Assembly (NCBI GenBank): GCA_026014495.1
Contig: JAOZIF010000171.1
Span: forward strand, 1-64,000
Length of the DNA: 64,000 bases
Direction: 5' to 3'
From: Candidatus Bathyarchaeum sp.
GTDB lineage: Archaea; Thermoproteota; Bathyarchaeia; Bathyarchaeales; Bathyarchaeaceae
Below the pieces are notes generated by a model. It saw nothing but the letters and a program-made list of their open reading frames with translations. It had not been told where the DNA came from and did not search any database. Position numbers and translations under genes: made by a program. This document shows positions 1 to 9,987 of this stretch, one piece after another. Numbering within the stretch: the stretch's first letter is position 1; every line of letters starts with the position of its first letter.

Positions 1-53
1 CTTCTTTTGTAGATTAGAAGTCCAATGCCTTATCCTGGCTAGGCCACGGACCC
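1..53 (-). tRNA. tRNA-Arg(TCT), 5' part, probably intron-containing; truncated by window edge
   Basis: Reverse complement reads GGGTCCG-TG-GCCT-AGCCAGGATA-AGGC-A-TTGGA-CT-TCT-A, i.e. acceptor 5' strand, D arm and anticodon 5' stem plus loop. The following bases (ATCTACAAAAG) do not complete the stem cleanly, consistent with an intron at 37/38. Confidence 0.85.
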
Positions 54-122
54 AAGTGAGCCTTCATAGTGTAATAATTGCCTAGATATAATCTTTCATT
101 AAACAGCAATGTAGTAGCCCTG

Positions 123-3008
123 TTATGTCATGTAAATCGCGGGACGGTACGGTTTAGCAAACCCAGCCTTCCGTTGCGGATCATGTATGTTTGGGTCATC
201 TTCGCTGTAAGCTTGAATTTTCACGTTGAATTCTCTTTCAAAGAAACTCTTTGCTGTTTTTAGCAATTTTGTTTCATCGAGTACTCCAATGTGCAGTTGT
301 TTTTGTTTCATGTCTTCTGGCATGCGGTTGATTTCTTGTGTGATTGATTGGGCAAATTTAGCGACTTTTCCTGCCACTGTTTTCAGGTCAGGGTCAGCCA
401 TTAATTCTTTCATTAGCTCGCCTATGACAAGTGTTCCTGAAGGCGATTTTTTGAGTGCTGTTATGTAGACTTTCCATTTCCATGATGCAGATGAGTAGTA
501 GTAGATTTGTTTTGGTTCCATCTTTGTTGCTCTGAGAATGTTTGAGGTGTCTTCCATCACGTTTTTGATTAGATTTTCTGTTTCTTGTGCCTGAACATTT
601 ACTTTGTTTTTGTCGTAAATTGGCCACTGTGCTAAGGAAACAAAGTCTGTGTGTCCCATTTTGTTCCAGATTTCCTCACACATGTATGGTGCAAAGGGCG
701 CCAGTAGCCGAATCCAAGTTTCTAGTGCTTGTTTTAGTGTGTTTGAGTCAAACTTTTCTTTTCTTCGAATGTACCACCGGAAGTCGTTCCAAACTTCGAA
801 GAGCGCATTTTCTAGTGCTGTTCTGGTTTTCAGTGATTCCATGTTGTCTGTTACAATTTTAATTCTGTCCTGTAGTACGCTGATGAGCCACTGTTCCAGA
901 TTCCCTGTTGTTGGCTGTTTTGCGTTTTCGATTATGTTCTCTGTTAGGCTCTGGAATCCGCGAAGCTTGGTTTTAACATCCCCGACAGTGCCTCTTCTCC
1001 AGTCTGGGTCGTTCATTCCTTCTCCGCCTAGAAGCAAAGCACAACGAGTGGCGTCTGCTCCAAAACTGTTGAGGGCATCTTTGAGGGTTATGAAGTTGCC
1101 CTTTGATTTGGACATCTTCTTTCCTTCTATGCTTAGCATGCCGTTTACGCCAACTCCCTTGGGCAGATGGTCAGGAAACAGTGCGGTGTGCTGGAACAAA
1201 AAGAACGTTAAGTGATTTGGAAGCAGTTCTTTTGCTGAGATTCTTAAGTCCACGGGGTACCAGTAGAGGTACTCGTTTCGTATTTCATCCAAAACTGTAA
1301 CATCAATTTTTGTTTGTTCAGCAATTTTTTTGGCATTGCCTTTTCCGTAGAAAATGTAATCAAAAACTTCTGGCGTCAACTGTTCGCCTTTTATGTTGTA
1401 TTTTTTGAGGTGCTTGTTTATTGTGTAAAATGCCATGTAAACTGTAGAATCTGTTAATGTTTCAACAATCCATCCGGGACTCCATGGAAGGGCTGTTCCC
1501 AGTCCGCTTTTTCTTGCGCATGGCCACTCTTTAAGCCAGTCGATAATGTTAAGGAACCATTGCCTAGCCGATTCAGGGTAGATTGCGGCTTGGTTTAGGG
1601 TGTCTTTGGTTTTTTGTTTCCATGTTTCGTCTGAATATTTTATGAACCATTGCTCTTCAAGAAGCTTAACTACACAGGGCGTCATGCATCTGCAGACTAC
1701 GGGGTCGGGTAGGTCATACATGGAGTCTGCTATGCCTTGTTTTTTGAAGTCTTTAATCAGCAAGTCTTTTACTTTGTTGACTTGTTTTCCAGAGTATTCT
1801 TTGCAGATTTCTTTTAGGGTTCCGCCGTGGAACTCTTTTTTGTAGAGCGCTTTTGTTGCTTCTTCGGCTTTGGGGTCATGCTGGTCTTTTACTTGCATTT
1901 GGTCGACCAGTTCGACTGCGGGGTATTCTCCAAAGCCCTCCACTTTGATGAGTGAAATTGGTTTGATGTTTTTGACCATTTCTGGGTCTATGCCAAATTC
2001 TTTTAGCATTTCTGGGTTGTTTTGCAGGTCTCTTAAGGCTAGGTAGTCAAATGGTGCGTGGGCTGGGACGCTGTAGACTACTCCTGTTGCGTTGTCTGGG
2101 CTTACGAACCAGCCTGGGAGAATCAGCATTTTTCTGGTGCTAAGAGGGCTTGTGAACAGTTTTCCAATTATCTGTTTGCCCTTGAATGTTTCTTGTATTA
2201 TTACTTTCTTTAGTTGCTCACCTAGTTTGTTTGCGGCGGTTTTGCTGATTATCCATTTTTCGTCATTCACTTGGGCTTTGACGTAGTCGGCGTCGGGGTT
2301 TATCCAGATGTTTGTTATGCCGTAGATTGTTTCTGGTCGAAAAGTTGCTGATGGAAGAATTGTTCCGTCTTCCATCTTGTATTTGATGAGTGTGTATTCT
2401 TCTGCGACTACGCCTTCTCCTGTTTGGCGGTCATGGTCGCCTGTTGGGCTTTGGTCATGTGGGCACCAGACCACAGGGTATGTTCCTTTTATTATGTAGC
2501 CCTTTTCTCGCAATCGTTCACATTGCCATTCTATGAACTTGCTAAATGTTGGATAAAGGGAGGTTGTGTGGAATTCTCGTCTCCAGTCTACGGAGTATCC
2601 GATTCGTTTCACGGATTCTCGGCTGTCGTCGGTGTAATATTTTGCCATAAAGACTGGGTCAACAAATTTTTTGAGGTTCTCGTCTGAAACCCCGTCCATT
2701 TCTTTGAATGCTCGAATCAGGGTTTCGTCCCCGTTTTTTACGCGTTCGCTTGCGCCTGCTATGGTTTCGCCTGTCCAGTGCCATGCCCATGGAAACAGGA
2801 CATTGTAGCCTTGCATTCTTTTGAAGCGTGCGTACGCGTCTACGCGGGTGGCTGTGAAGCCATGCCCCACGTGGAGTGGACCGTTCATGTATGAGAAAGG
2901 AAATGTGATGAAACACTTTTCTTTGGATGCGTCTGGGTCAGCCTCGAATATTTTGGCTTTTTCCCATGCCCCTCTCCACTTTTCTTCGAGTTGCCTTAAA
3001 GATGTCAT
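123..3008 (-). CDS. leuS: Leucine--tRNA ligase (archaeal type)
   Basis: 961 aa; HVGH (HIGH) and KMSKS motifs, editing domain, archaeal LeuRS layout. Confidence 0.97.
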   Translation of the reverse strand: MTSLRQLEEKWRGAWEKAKIFEADPDASKEKCFITFPFSYMNGPLHVGHGFTATRVDAYARFKRMQGYNVLFPWAWHWTGETIAGASERVKNGDETLIRAFKEMDGVSDENLKKFVDPVFMAKYYTDDSRESVKRIGYSVDWRREFHTTSLYPTFSKFIEWQCERLREKGYIIKGTYPVVWCPHDQSPTGDHDRQTGEGVVAEEYTLIKYKMEDGTILPSATFRPETIYGITNIWINPDADYVKAQVNDEKWIISKTAANKLGEQLKKVIIQETFKGKQIIGKLFTSPLSTRKMLILPGWFVSPDNATGVVYSVPAHAPFDYLALRDLQNNPEMLKEFGIDPEMVKNIKPISLIKVEGFGEYPAVELVDQMQVKDQHDPKAEEATKALYKKEFHGGTLKEICKEYSGKQVNKVKDLLIKDFKKQGIADSMYDLPDPVVCRCMTPCVVKLLEEQWFIKYSDETWKQKTKDTLNQAAIYPESARQWFLNIIDWLKEWPCARKSGLGTALPWSPGWIVETLTDSTVYMAFYTINKHLKKYNIKGEQLTPEVFDYIFYGKGNAKKIAEQTKIDVTVLDEIRNEYLYWYPVDLRISAKELLPNHLTFFLFQHTALFPDHLPKGVGVNGMLSIEGKKMSKSKGNFITLKDALNSFGADATRCALLLGGEGMNDPDWRRGTVGDVKTKLRGFQSLTENIIENAKQPTTGNLEQWLISVLQDRIKIVTDNMESLKTRTALENALFEVWNDFRWYIRRKEKFDSNTLKQALETWIRLLAPFAPYMCEEIWNKMGHTDFVSLAQWPIYDKNKVNVQAQETENLIKNVMEDTSNILRATKMEPKQIYYYSSASWKWKVYITALKKSPSGTLVIGELMKELMADPDLKTVAGKVAKFAQSITQEINRMPEDMKQKQLHIGVLDETKLLKTAKSFFEREFNVKIQAYSEDDPNIHDPQRKAGFAKPYRPAIYMT

Positions 3009-3060
3009 TAAGCCATTGGAGTGCCAAGAGAGTTAAAAGTTTTTTCAATCAGAATTCCTA

Positions 3061-3107
3061 AAAAAAGGTTGTTTTCAACAATGTTCTGCTATTAGTATCC
3101 TAATATG
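3061..3107 (+). repeat. Dispersed repeat copy B (matches terS 5' region)
   Basis: 3071-3098 gttttcaacaatgttctgctattagtat is identical to 30373-30400. Confidence 0.9.
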
Positions 3108-3230
3108 ATTGTTGGATTTTGGCGAACAATAGTTTTTCGAATGTTTTTAGGTTTATTGCGTGAAATCATGGAATATAATACATCATATATACAGTAAAAT
3201 GACCATTATTTTTAGGGGAAGGTTCAGAAG

Positions 3231-4484
3231 GTGAGAAAACCAAAGTGGTTCATAGTATTTCTAGCTGCAATTCTTTTAACTTCAGCTTATGTATCATCAA
3301 CAAAAGCCCAAGTAAACACAACAGCATTAACAACACAGACACCGCCCGAAGGCTCAATTATTGTCCCAGACGATTACGCCACAATACAAGATGCAGTAGA
3401 TAATGCTTCAGCAGGCGGCACAGTTTTTGTGAAAAACGGTGTTTACAGTGAACCTATAGAAATACATAAGCCCTTGACATTACTTGGTGAAGACAGCCAA
3501 AACACAATACTTGACATGCCACAGATAAAGTACGAACCATATGCAGCAATTGTGATAGCAGCAAACAATGTCACGGTTTCTGGTTTTACAATAAAAAACA
3601 GCAACATAGGAATAGCATTAGAAAGTGATTTCCCGGGTCCAGAGGGTCTCCGTTACCCGCTTGGATGTAAAATAACAGGTAATAATTTTATAAATAATTC
3701 AGGTGGAGTTGCCTCATTTTATGGGAGTTACCTTACCCTTTCTGGAAATAACTTCACTGAAAATGATAATGGCATATATCAGCATTCTTCATCAAATAAC
3801 ACTATTTCATCAAACAACATCACCAACAACCGTAGTGCAGGCATATATGTTGTCGAGTGCACTAACGTGACAATAAAAGGGAACAACATAACAGGTAACG
3901 GCCTGAATAACGGTGGCGAAGTCGGTGGTATCTGGGTTTACGGGGGTGGGCCTTTCAACATTTGTGAAAACAACATAACCGACAATTATGTAGGCATTCA
4001 GTTTCAATGGTGCAACAACTCCACAGTAAACCAAAACAACATACAACGAAACAGGATTGGGATTGAATTTCTAAACGTTGAAGAATCTGGCGAATATCAT
4101 TTAGGGTCAGGTAATACGGTTTACTCCAACAATTTCATAGCCAATTCCCAGCAGGTATTGATAAACAAAGAATACTGGCTTTTATGGAATTACAGCGCCT
4201 TAATAATTAATGGGACAGACACAGTTTCATGGGACAATGGCACAACGGGCAACTACTGGAGCAACTACAACGGAATAGACAACAACGGCGACGGAATCGG
4301 AGACACGCCCTACGTGATAGATGAAAACAACACAGACCATTACCCTTTCATGAGTGCAGTTACGATTTCAACACCAAACTTGGAACAAATTTCGCCACTA
4401 ACGATTGCAACAATTATAGGAATGGCAACCATAATTTTGGTTGTTGTCGTCTACGCTTACAGAGTCCATCGAAAAATACAGTAG
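3231..4484 (+). CDS. Secreted NosD/right-handed beta-helix protein with C-terminal membrane anchor
   Basis: Signal peptide, IIVPDDYATIQDAV, Asn-rich parallel beta-helix repeats, GNYWSNYNGIDNNGDGIGDTPY...D.YP motif, C-terminal TM segment. Confidence 0.88.
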   Translation: MRKPKWFIVFLAAILLTSAYVSSTKAQVNTTALTTQTPPEGSIIVPDDYATIQDAVDNASAGGTVFVKNGVYSEPIEIHKPLTLLGEDSQNTILDMPQIKYEPYAAIVIAANNVTVSGFTIKNSNIGIALESDFPGPEGLRYPLGCKITGNNFINNSGGVASFYGSYLTLSGNNFTENDNGIYQHSSSNNTISSNNITNNRSAGIYVVECTNVTIKGNNITGNGLNNGGEVGGIWVYGGGPFNICENNITDNYVGIQFQWCNNSTVNQNNIQRNRIGIEFLNVEESGEYHLGSGNTVYSNNFIANSQQVLINKEYWLLWNYSALIINGTDTVSWDNGTTGNYWSNYNGIDNNGDGIGDTPYVIDENNTDHYPFMSAVTISTPNLEQISPLTIATIIGMATIILVVVVYAYRVHRKIQ

Positions 4485-4490
4485 CTAATG

Positions 4491-4540
4491 TTTTCCTGAA
4501 AAAACCTAGTTTTCAACAATATACCTCTATTAGTCTCCTA
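4491..4540 (+). repeat. Dispersed repeat copy C
   Basis: 4497-4520 tgaaaaaacctagttttcaacaat is identical to 30361-30384; continues ctattagtctccta as in copy D. Confidence 0.85.
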
Positions 4541-5470
4541 ATGTGCTGTGCTTTTGTTGTCATGTTTTCCGTTTCGTTTTCTGAGTTTTCTGATTAAAAA
4601 TATTCCAAACCCAAACCAGAACAGTAGGATGCCTCCGATTATGAGTAAAAGTGGAAACAAAATATGTGCGAGTTCGATTGGAAGAGCAAGGTAGTGAAAA
4701 ATTAAACCTAGTACTCCCAAAGATGTTCCAATGCCTCCAAAGAAGAGTAGAGGTCGAATGTCCAGCATTAACCTTAACGTGACTCCAAGTATCCTGCCGC
4801 CATCTTTTAATGGATTAAGTTTTGTTTCTCCCACCCTTGTGCTGTAACTTATGGGAACTTCACGTATTCTGGCATCAGCAGAATGGGCTTCTGCGAGTAT
4901 TTCCATTGCTAAAGGCATGCCTACAGCCACTAAATTCATGCGTTCTAGGAGCTCAGATTTGAAGGCTCTCATGCCACTTTGAGTGTCAAACACGCTAAGT
5001 CCCAAAGCTAATTTCGCAACTAGCGAGAGCATTCTGTTTCCAAACCTGTTAACTAATGGCATTGCCCCCTTTTCCATTCCCGCAAACCTGTTACCTACCA
5101 CCATGTCTGATTCATCCTTCAAGATAGGCTCTACCAGTTCGGGTATATGCTTGGGGTCATAGGTCATGTCTGCGTCCATCATCACAATAATGTTAGCATT
5201 TAGTTGCTTTCTAGCATACAAAAAACCAGTTTTCAAGGCATCTCCATACCCTTTGCCTCGCTGGTAAATTACATCTGCGCCCATGTCCTTAGCAATTTGG
5301 TCTGTACCATCACTGGATCGTCCATCTACAATCAGTACTCGATGGTTATAGTTGGTCATTGCCTCTTTTATGCCGCTCAACACTTTTCCCACAGCTTTGG
5401 ACTCGTTTAATGTGGGGATTACAACGACAATTTTTGTTGCAGAACGTTTAGCTTTGGTTATTTTTTTCAT
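4538..5470 (-). CDS. GT2 glycosyltransferase (dolichol-phosphate mannose synthase-like)
   Basis: VVIPTLNE, VDGRSSDGT, DADMTYDP, DTQSGMRAF motifs; two C-terminal TM helices. Confidence 0.9.
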   Translation of the reverse strand: MKKITKAKRSATKIVVVIPTLNESKAVGKVLSGIKEAMTNYNHRVLIVDGRSSDGTDQIAKDMGADVIYQRGKGYGDALKTGFLYARKQLNANIIVMMDADMTYDPKHIPELVEPILKDESDMVVGNRFAGMEKGAMPLVNRFGNRMLSLVAKLALGLSVFDTQSGMRAFKSELLERMNLVAVGMPLAMEILAEAHSADARIREVPISYSTRVGETKLNPLKDGGRILGVTLRLMLDIRPLLFFGGIGTSLGVLGLIFHYLALPIELAHILFPLLLIIGGILLFWFGFGIFLIRKLRKRNGKHDNKSTAH

Positions 5471-5616
5471 CCACCAGATTTGCTGAAGCTAAATATTCAC
5501 TACTCCACTTCTTAGCATTTACGCAAGAAACAACGTGAAAACAACAAAAAGCCCCCAAGTCGCCCTTACGGCTATGAGATTATTGCAACAAACTGGATTA
5601 ACTGGCGCTTTGGCTG

Positions 5617-6579
5617 CTATGTAGCTAGTGTTTGTGCAAGTTTCATCAGGGTTAAGTCTAGTTGTTTTTGGTTGGTTGTAACTTCTTGCAGACCTATACT
5701 GGTTACTTTGCCTTCTTCTAACCCAACCATCATGTTCCCCTGCTTTTGCAGTAACAGGTCTACCGCTTTTTCTCCAAACAAGTTAGCCAATAATCTGCTT
5801 CTGGCTGTGGGGTTGCCGCCTCTTTGCGCATACCCTGTAACACTCAACCTGACCTCTACCCCTGCTCTCTCCTCGATGGCTTTTAGCAGTTTATATGTGT
5901 CACCGATTCCTTCTGCAGCCACAATAATACCAGACTTTTTGCCTTTAGCACCATTAACTTCCAAAGTGTGCACAATGCTTTCTAGGTTGTACTCAACTTC
6001 TGGAACTAAAATCACCTCAGCACCAACAGTTAACCCAATAGTCAAGGCAAGAAAGCCTCTTGTTCTACCCATAACTTCAACAACAAAAATTCGTTCATGC
6101 GAATTTGCTGTATCCCTAATTTTGTCAATCTCACCAATCGCCGTGTTCACTGCAGTGTCAAAGCCGATTGTCTCTTCAGTGCCATACACATCATTGTCGA
6201 TTGTTGCGGGAATGCCAACAATCAAAGTGTCCGAGATTTTGCTTAACTCTAAAGCGCCACGTAACGAGCCATCCCCGCCAACAACAACCAGCCCATCAAC
6301 ATCATTTACTTCAAGAGCCTTTACAGCCTTTTTTCTGCCTTCTGGCTTTCGAAACTCTGGGCTTCGGGATGTTCGAAGAATCGTGCCGCCAACATGAAGG
6401 ATGCCGCCGACGTTTCGGGGAGTCAATTCCCTAAATGTGTTACTGATAAGTCCATCCCATCCACGCTCAAAACCAATAACTTCCAAACCTTTCGAACAAG
6501 CAACACGAGTAACTGCTCGTATTGCAGCATTCATTCCGGGAGCATCTCCTCCGCTTGTCACCAATGCAATTCTCTTCAT
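5617..6579 (-). CDS. pfkA: ATP-dependent 6-phosphofructokinase (PfkA family); start moved to MKRIALVTSGG
   Basis: TSGGDAPGMNA, GGDGS, PATIDND, EVMGR motifs. Confidence 0.93.
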   Translation of the reverse strand: MKRIALVTSGGDAPGMNAAIRAVTRVACSKGLEVIGFERGWDGLISNTFRELTPRNVGGILHVGGTILRTSRSPEFRKPEGRKKAVKALEVNDVDGLVVVGGDGSLRGALELSKISDTLIVGIPATIDNDVYGTEETIGFDTAVNTAIGEIDKIRDTANSHERIFVVEVMGRTRGFLALTIGLTVGAEVILVPEVEYNLESIVHTLEVNGAKGKKSGIIVAAEGIGDTYKLLKAIEERAGVEVRLSVTGYAQRGGNPTARSRLLANLFGEKAVDLLLQKQGNMMVGLEEGKVTSIGLQEVTTNQKQLDLTLMKLAQTLAT

Positions 6580-6725
6580 TGCAAACTTGTCCCCCAACAA
6601 CAAAACCTGCCATTCAACAAAAAACAAATAACCTGCAATTATATATATCCACACGATTAACAGTTTACAATTAAGTTTAATAGCCCCTTTTAGGTCATTA
6701 CTGCAAGAAACTGGAGGAACAACAT

Positions 6726-7340
6726 TTGAGTGACCAAGCCCAAGGACGATATTACATGCCCGGAGCCACAACAATAGGTCTAGTTTTTGATGGCGGAGTA
6801 ATTTTAGCCTCAGAAAAAAGAGTCACATACGGCTCCATGATAATGAGCAAAACCGGAAAAAAGGTCTTCAAAATCGCTGACCAAGTCGGCGTAGCCTGTG
6901 CAGGTCTAGTTTCTGACATGCAAATTTTGGCGCGAGAAATTGAAGCCCAAGCAAAACTGTTTACGTACGACACAAAAAGACCAATGCCTGCAAAGGCAGC
7001 GGCTAAACTCACTTCAAACGTTCTATTCAACAGGCGCATGGCTCCATTAATCACACAAACAATTGTGGGCGGAATGGACTACGACAAACCAGCAATATAT
7101 GTGCTAGATGTTCTGGGTTCATTTTTACCTGACACCTACGCATCTGTAGGCTCAGGAGCCACTATGGCAACGGGTGTTTTGGAGGCAGGATACAAAGACA
7201 ACATGACCGAGAAAGACGCAAAAGCGTTGGTGCTAACAGCCATAAAATCTGCTATACGCCGAGATTCCATGAGCGGCGACGGAGTCGACATGTTAATTAT
7301 CACAAAGGATGGCATCAAAGAAGAAGCCATCAGTTTCTAA
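6726..7340 (+). CDS. psmB: Proteasome beta subunit (Thr1-to-Ala type)
   Basis: PG-ATTIGL...ASEKR, GSGA, RDSMSG motifs of the Ntn-hydrolase beta subunit. Confidence 0.93.
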   Translation: MSDQAQGRYYMPGATTIGLVFDGGVILASEKRVTYGSMIMSKTGKKVFKIADQVGVACAGLVSDMQILAREIEAQAKLFTYDTKRPMPAKAAAKLTSNVLFNRRMAPLITQTIVGGMDYDKPAIYVLDVLGSFLPDTYASVGSGATMATGVLEAGYKDNMTEKDAKALVLTAIKSAIRRDSMSGDGVDMLIITKDGIKEEAISF

Positions 7341-7452
7341 TCAGCCCAATAACTTGCCTCTGTAATCTTTTAGGCTTTCAGTTTTGGGACTTTTTCTTCA
7401 GAAACTTTAATACCGTTACGGCTGACTTTCCAGTAGGTCAGGGGCAAAGCAT

Positions 7453-8070
7453 GTGACGTTCCAGTTGACGCCTGAAGAAGGCAATTTGCTAGTAAATCTG
7501 GCAAGACAAACAGTAAACGAGTACCTGAAAAGTGGTAGACTAATGCAGGTTCCAAAGAGTGTTTCATCCAATTTGATGGAGCCATGTGGAGTTTTTGTTA
7601 CATTAAATCTTTTCAATAAAGGAGCAAAAATGTTGAGGGGCTGTATTGGGCTTCCTTATCCTACAACGCCCCTAGCTCAGGCGGTGATAGATGCTGCAGT
7701 AAGCGCTGCAACACAAGACCCACGTTTTCCGCCAGTCGTAATTGAAGAACTTGACAGCATAGTCTTTGAAGTTAGCGTTCTAACTCCTCCTGAGCGGGTC
7801 ACAGTTGATACGCCAACAAAATATCCAACAAAAATCAAGGTTGGACGCGACGGACTAATAATGGAGAAGGGCTACCACAAGGGATTGCTTCTGCCGCAAG
7901 TGCCAGTTGAACTTGACTGGAACACGGAAGAGTTTCTTTCCCAAACCGCAATGAAAGCAGGCTTACCGCCAGACTCTTGGCTACTAAAGGATACCAAAAT
8001 ATACAAGTTCCAAGCGATAATTTTTGAAGAAGCCACACCAAAAGGCGAAATCAAACAGAAAAAAATCTAA
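7453..8070 (+). CDS. AMMECR1/TIGR00296 family protein
   Basis: GVFVTL, LRGCIG, DPRF, EVSVLT, GLLLPQV motifs. Confidence 0.92.
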   Translation: MTFQLTPEEGNLLVNLARQTVNEYLKSGRLMQVPKSVSSNLMEPCGVFVTLNLFNKGAKMLRGCIGLPYPTTPLAQAVIDAAVSAATQDPRFPPVVIEELDSIVFEVSVLTPPERVTVDTPTKYPTKIKVGRDGLIMEKGYHKGLLLPQVPVELDWNTEEFLSQTAMKAGLPPDSWLLKDTKIYKFQAIIFEEATPKGEIKQKKI

Positions 8071-8084
8071 AGGAAATTACACTA

Positions 8085-9260
8085 ATGCGCGTTCTTTTCA
8101 CTCCTTCTGGCACGGGGCTGGGTCATGTTGGCAGATGTATCCCAATAGCCAAACGGCTTGAAAAGAACGGAGCCCAGACTCTATTTTCTACATACCGTGA
8201 AGGCCTAAAGTACGTCAAACAGGAAGGCTTCCAAGCCGTAGAGGCACCAGATATTGGAGTTCAAGTTAAGCCTGACGGAAGCATAGACTTCAGGTTAACA
8301 ACAGTTGACCCTGGGCCCTTTCTGACCGTTTACACAATAATGAAACAAGTTGACGCCGAAATCGACTTCATGCAAGCCTTCAAACCTGACGTTGTAGTTT
8401 CAGACTCAAGGGCATCATCTCTTGTTGCCGCAAAGCTGCTGGATATCCCAAGAATCTGCATTTTAAACCAGTTTCAAGTGTTTATTCCTCGCCGAAACAG
8501 GTTCCTAAAACTTGCCCGAATAGCAGACGCCACAACTTTGACTCTTGTCGGCAAAGTATGGGCAGACGTGAAGCAGGTTTTGATTCCAGACTTTCCTCCA
8601 CCATACACCCTTTCAACAAGAAATCTGCATATTCCAAAAGCTTACCACAAAAAAACAAGATTCATAGGTCCAATTATTCCAGTAAGCCCTGACGAATTGC
8701 CTGACAAACAGCAGCTTCGAAAAAAACTTGGTTTATCAGCGGATAAGCCTGTAATCTTTGCGCCTATCAGTGGACCAGCAAAGGAGCGTGCATATTTCAC
8801 GGGTCTTCTCAGGCAAATTTTGGGCAACTTTCCAGATGATTACCAGATAGTCATGTCCCTTGGTTACCCGACAGCTTCAACAGAGCCCGTTAACGGCGAA
8901 AACCTGATTATTCATGGCTGGATTCCAAACCGCTTCGAATACCTCAAAGCCTGTGACATTGTCATCTCGCGTGGTGGTCATGGAACATTGTCTCAGTCAA
9001 TTTGTTACGGCAAGCCAACTATTCTTGTTCCTACTCCAAGCCATACCGAGCAACTAAACAATGCAAAAAAGGCTGTTGAGTTAGGAGCTTCAGAGCTTAT
9101 TCTACAAAAAGACCTAAACAAAGATGTCTTGTTAACTGCCGTAAGAAAACTTTTGAAACCCGCGTTTCAGCAAAAAACAAATCAACTCAAAAAAGAGCTT
9201 TGTGCGTGCAATGGTTTGGAAACTGCAGCAAAAATAATCTCAGAGGCTGCAAATCTATAG
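8085..9260 (+). CDS. GT-B glycosyltransferase (GT28/MurG-like)
   Basis: GLGHVGR N-terminal motif; ISRGGHGTLS...EQ..NA C-terminal motif. Confidence 0.85.
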   Translation: MRVLFTPSGTGLGHVGRCIPIAKRLEKNGAQTLFSTYREGLKYVKQEGFQAVEAPDIGVQVKPDGSIDFRLTTVDPGPFLTVYTIMKQVDAEIDFMQAFKPDVVVSDSRASSLVAAKLLDIPRICILNQFQVFIPRRNRFLKLARIADATTLTLVGKVWADVKQVLIPDFPPPYTLSTRNLHIPKAYHKKTRFIGPIIPVSPDELPDKQQLRKKLGLSADKPVIFAPISGPAKERAYFTGLLRQILGNFPDDYQIVMSLGYPTASTEPVNGENLIIHGWIPNRFEYLKACDIVISRGGHGTLSQSICYGKPTILVPTPSHTEQLNNAKKAVELGASELILQKDLNKDVLLTAVRKLLKPAFQQKTNQLKKELCACNGLETAAKIISEAANL

Positions 9261-9370
9261 CGGGGTTATTTCCAGCAGTTTGAATCTTCTGGCACATGGA
9301 TTAATCCTCTTTTCACTATTTTTGTAATTTCCAACTGCCTCGCAAAAACAACAGCAAAACGTCAATTACG

Positions 9371-9985
9371 TTAACGTTTTTTTCTAAACTTCATCGCAAG
9401 CAGATACAGTTCCGCGCTCTGTGACCTGCTGGCTTTTGGTTTAACAAGCTTCACGAAACTAAAATGTCGTTTTGTGTCGTGAACAAACTTGTTTGTCATA
9501 TCGCCCTGAAATGTTTTAACAAAAAAGTTTCCTCCAGACCTAAGAACTGCTGTGGCTATGTTCAATGACTTGGTTGCAAGGTCAATTTGTCTTGCATGAT
9601 CTAGTTCCCAGACTCCTGAAATGTTAGGTGAAACATCTGAGATAACAACATCTGCAGAGCGGGGCAAAAGCTCCTTAATGGTTTGAACTGTTTTTTGTTC
9701 AGTAACATCACCGACTACAGTTTGGATGTTCTTCTCATCAAAAGGAGCTATTGGCTTTAGGTCAACGGCTAACACAAAACCTGAATCTTCCACAAGCTGT
9801 CGTGCGGCTTGACTCCATCCTCCGGGAGCAGCACCAACATCGACAACTACGTCGCCAGACTTGATGAAGTTGTACTTTTTTACTGCCTGCAAAAGTTTGT
9901 AGGATGCACGTGAACGAAAGTTTTCTTTTTTTGCTTTCCTGTAATAATATTCTCTTTTCCTTTCATTTACCCATCCGCTAGGCAA
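9371..9985 (-). CDS. rlmE: 23S rRNA 2'-O-methyltransferase RlmE/FtsJ
   Basis: FRSRASYKL, DVGAAPGGWSQ, SDVSPN, KPKASR..SAE.Y motifs. Confidence 0.95.
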   Translation of the reverse strand: MPSGWVNERKREYYYRKAKKENFRSRASYKLLQAVKKYNFIKSGDVVVDVGAAPGGWSQAARQLVEDSGFVLAVDLKPIAPFDEKNIQTVVGDVTEQKTVQTIKELLPRSADVVISDVSPNISGVWELDHARQIDLATKSLNIATAVLRSGGNFFVKTFQGDMTNKFVHDTKRHFSFVKLVKPKASRSQSAELYLLAMKFRKKR

Positions 9986-9987
9986 AA

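Noticed and set aside
5617-6774. 385-aa Pfk with an N-terminal extension overlapping psmB
   Set aside because: The extension overlaps the divergent psmB and its promoter; family homology starts at 6579.
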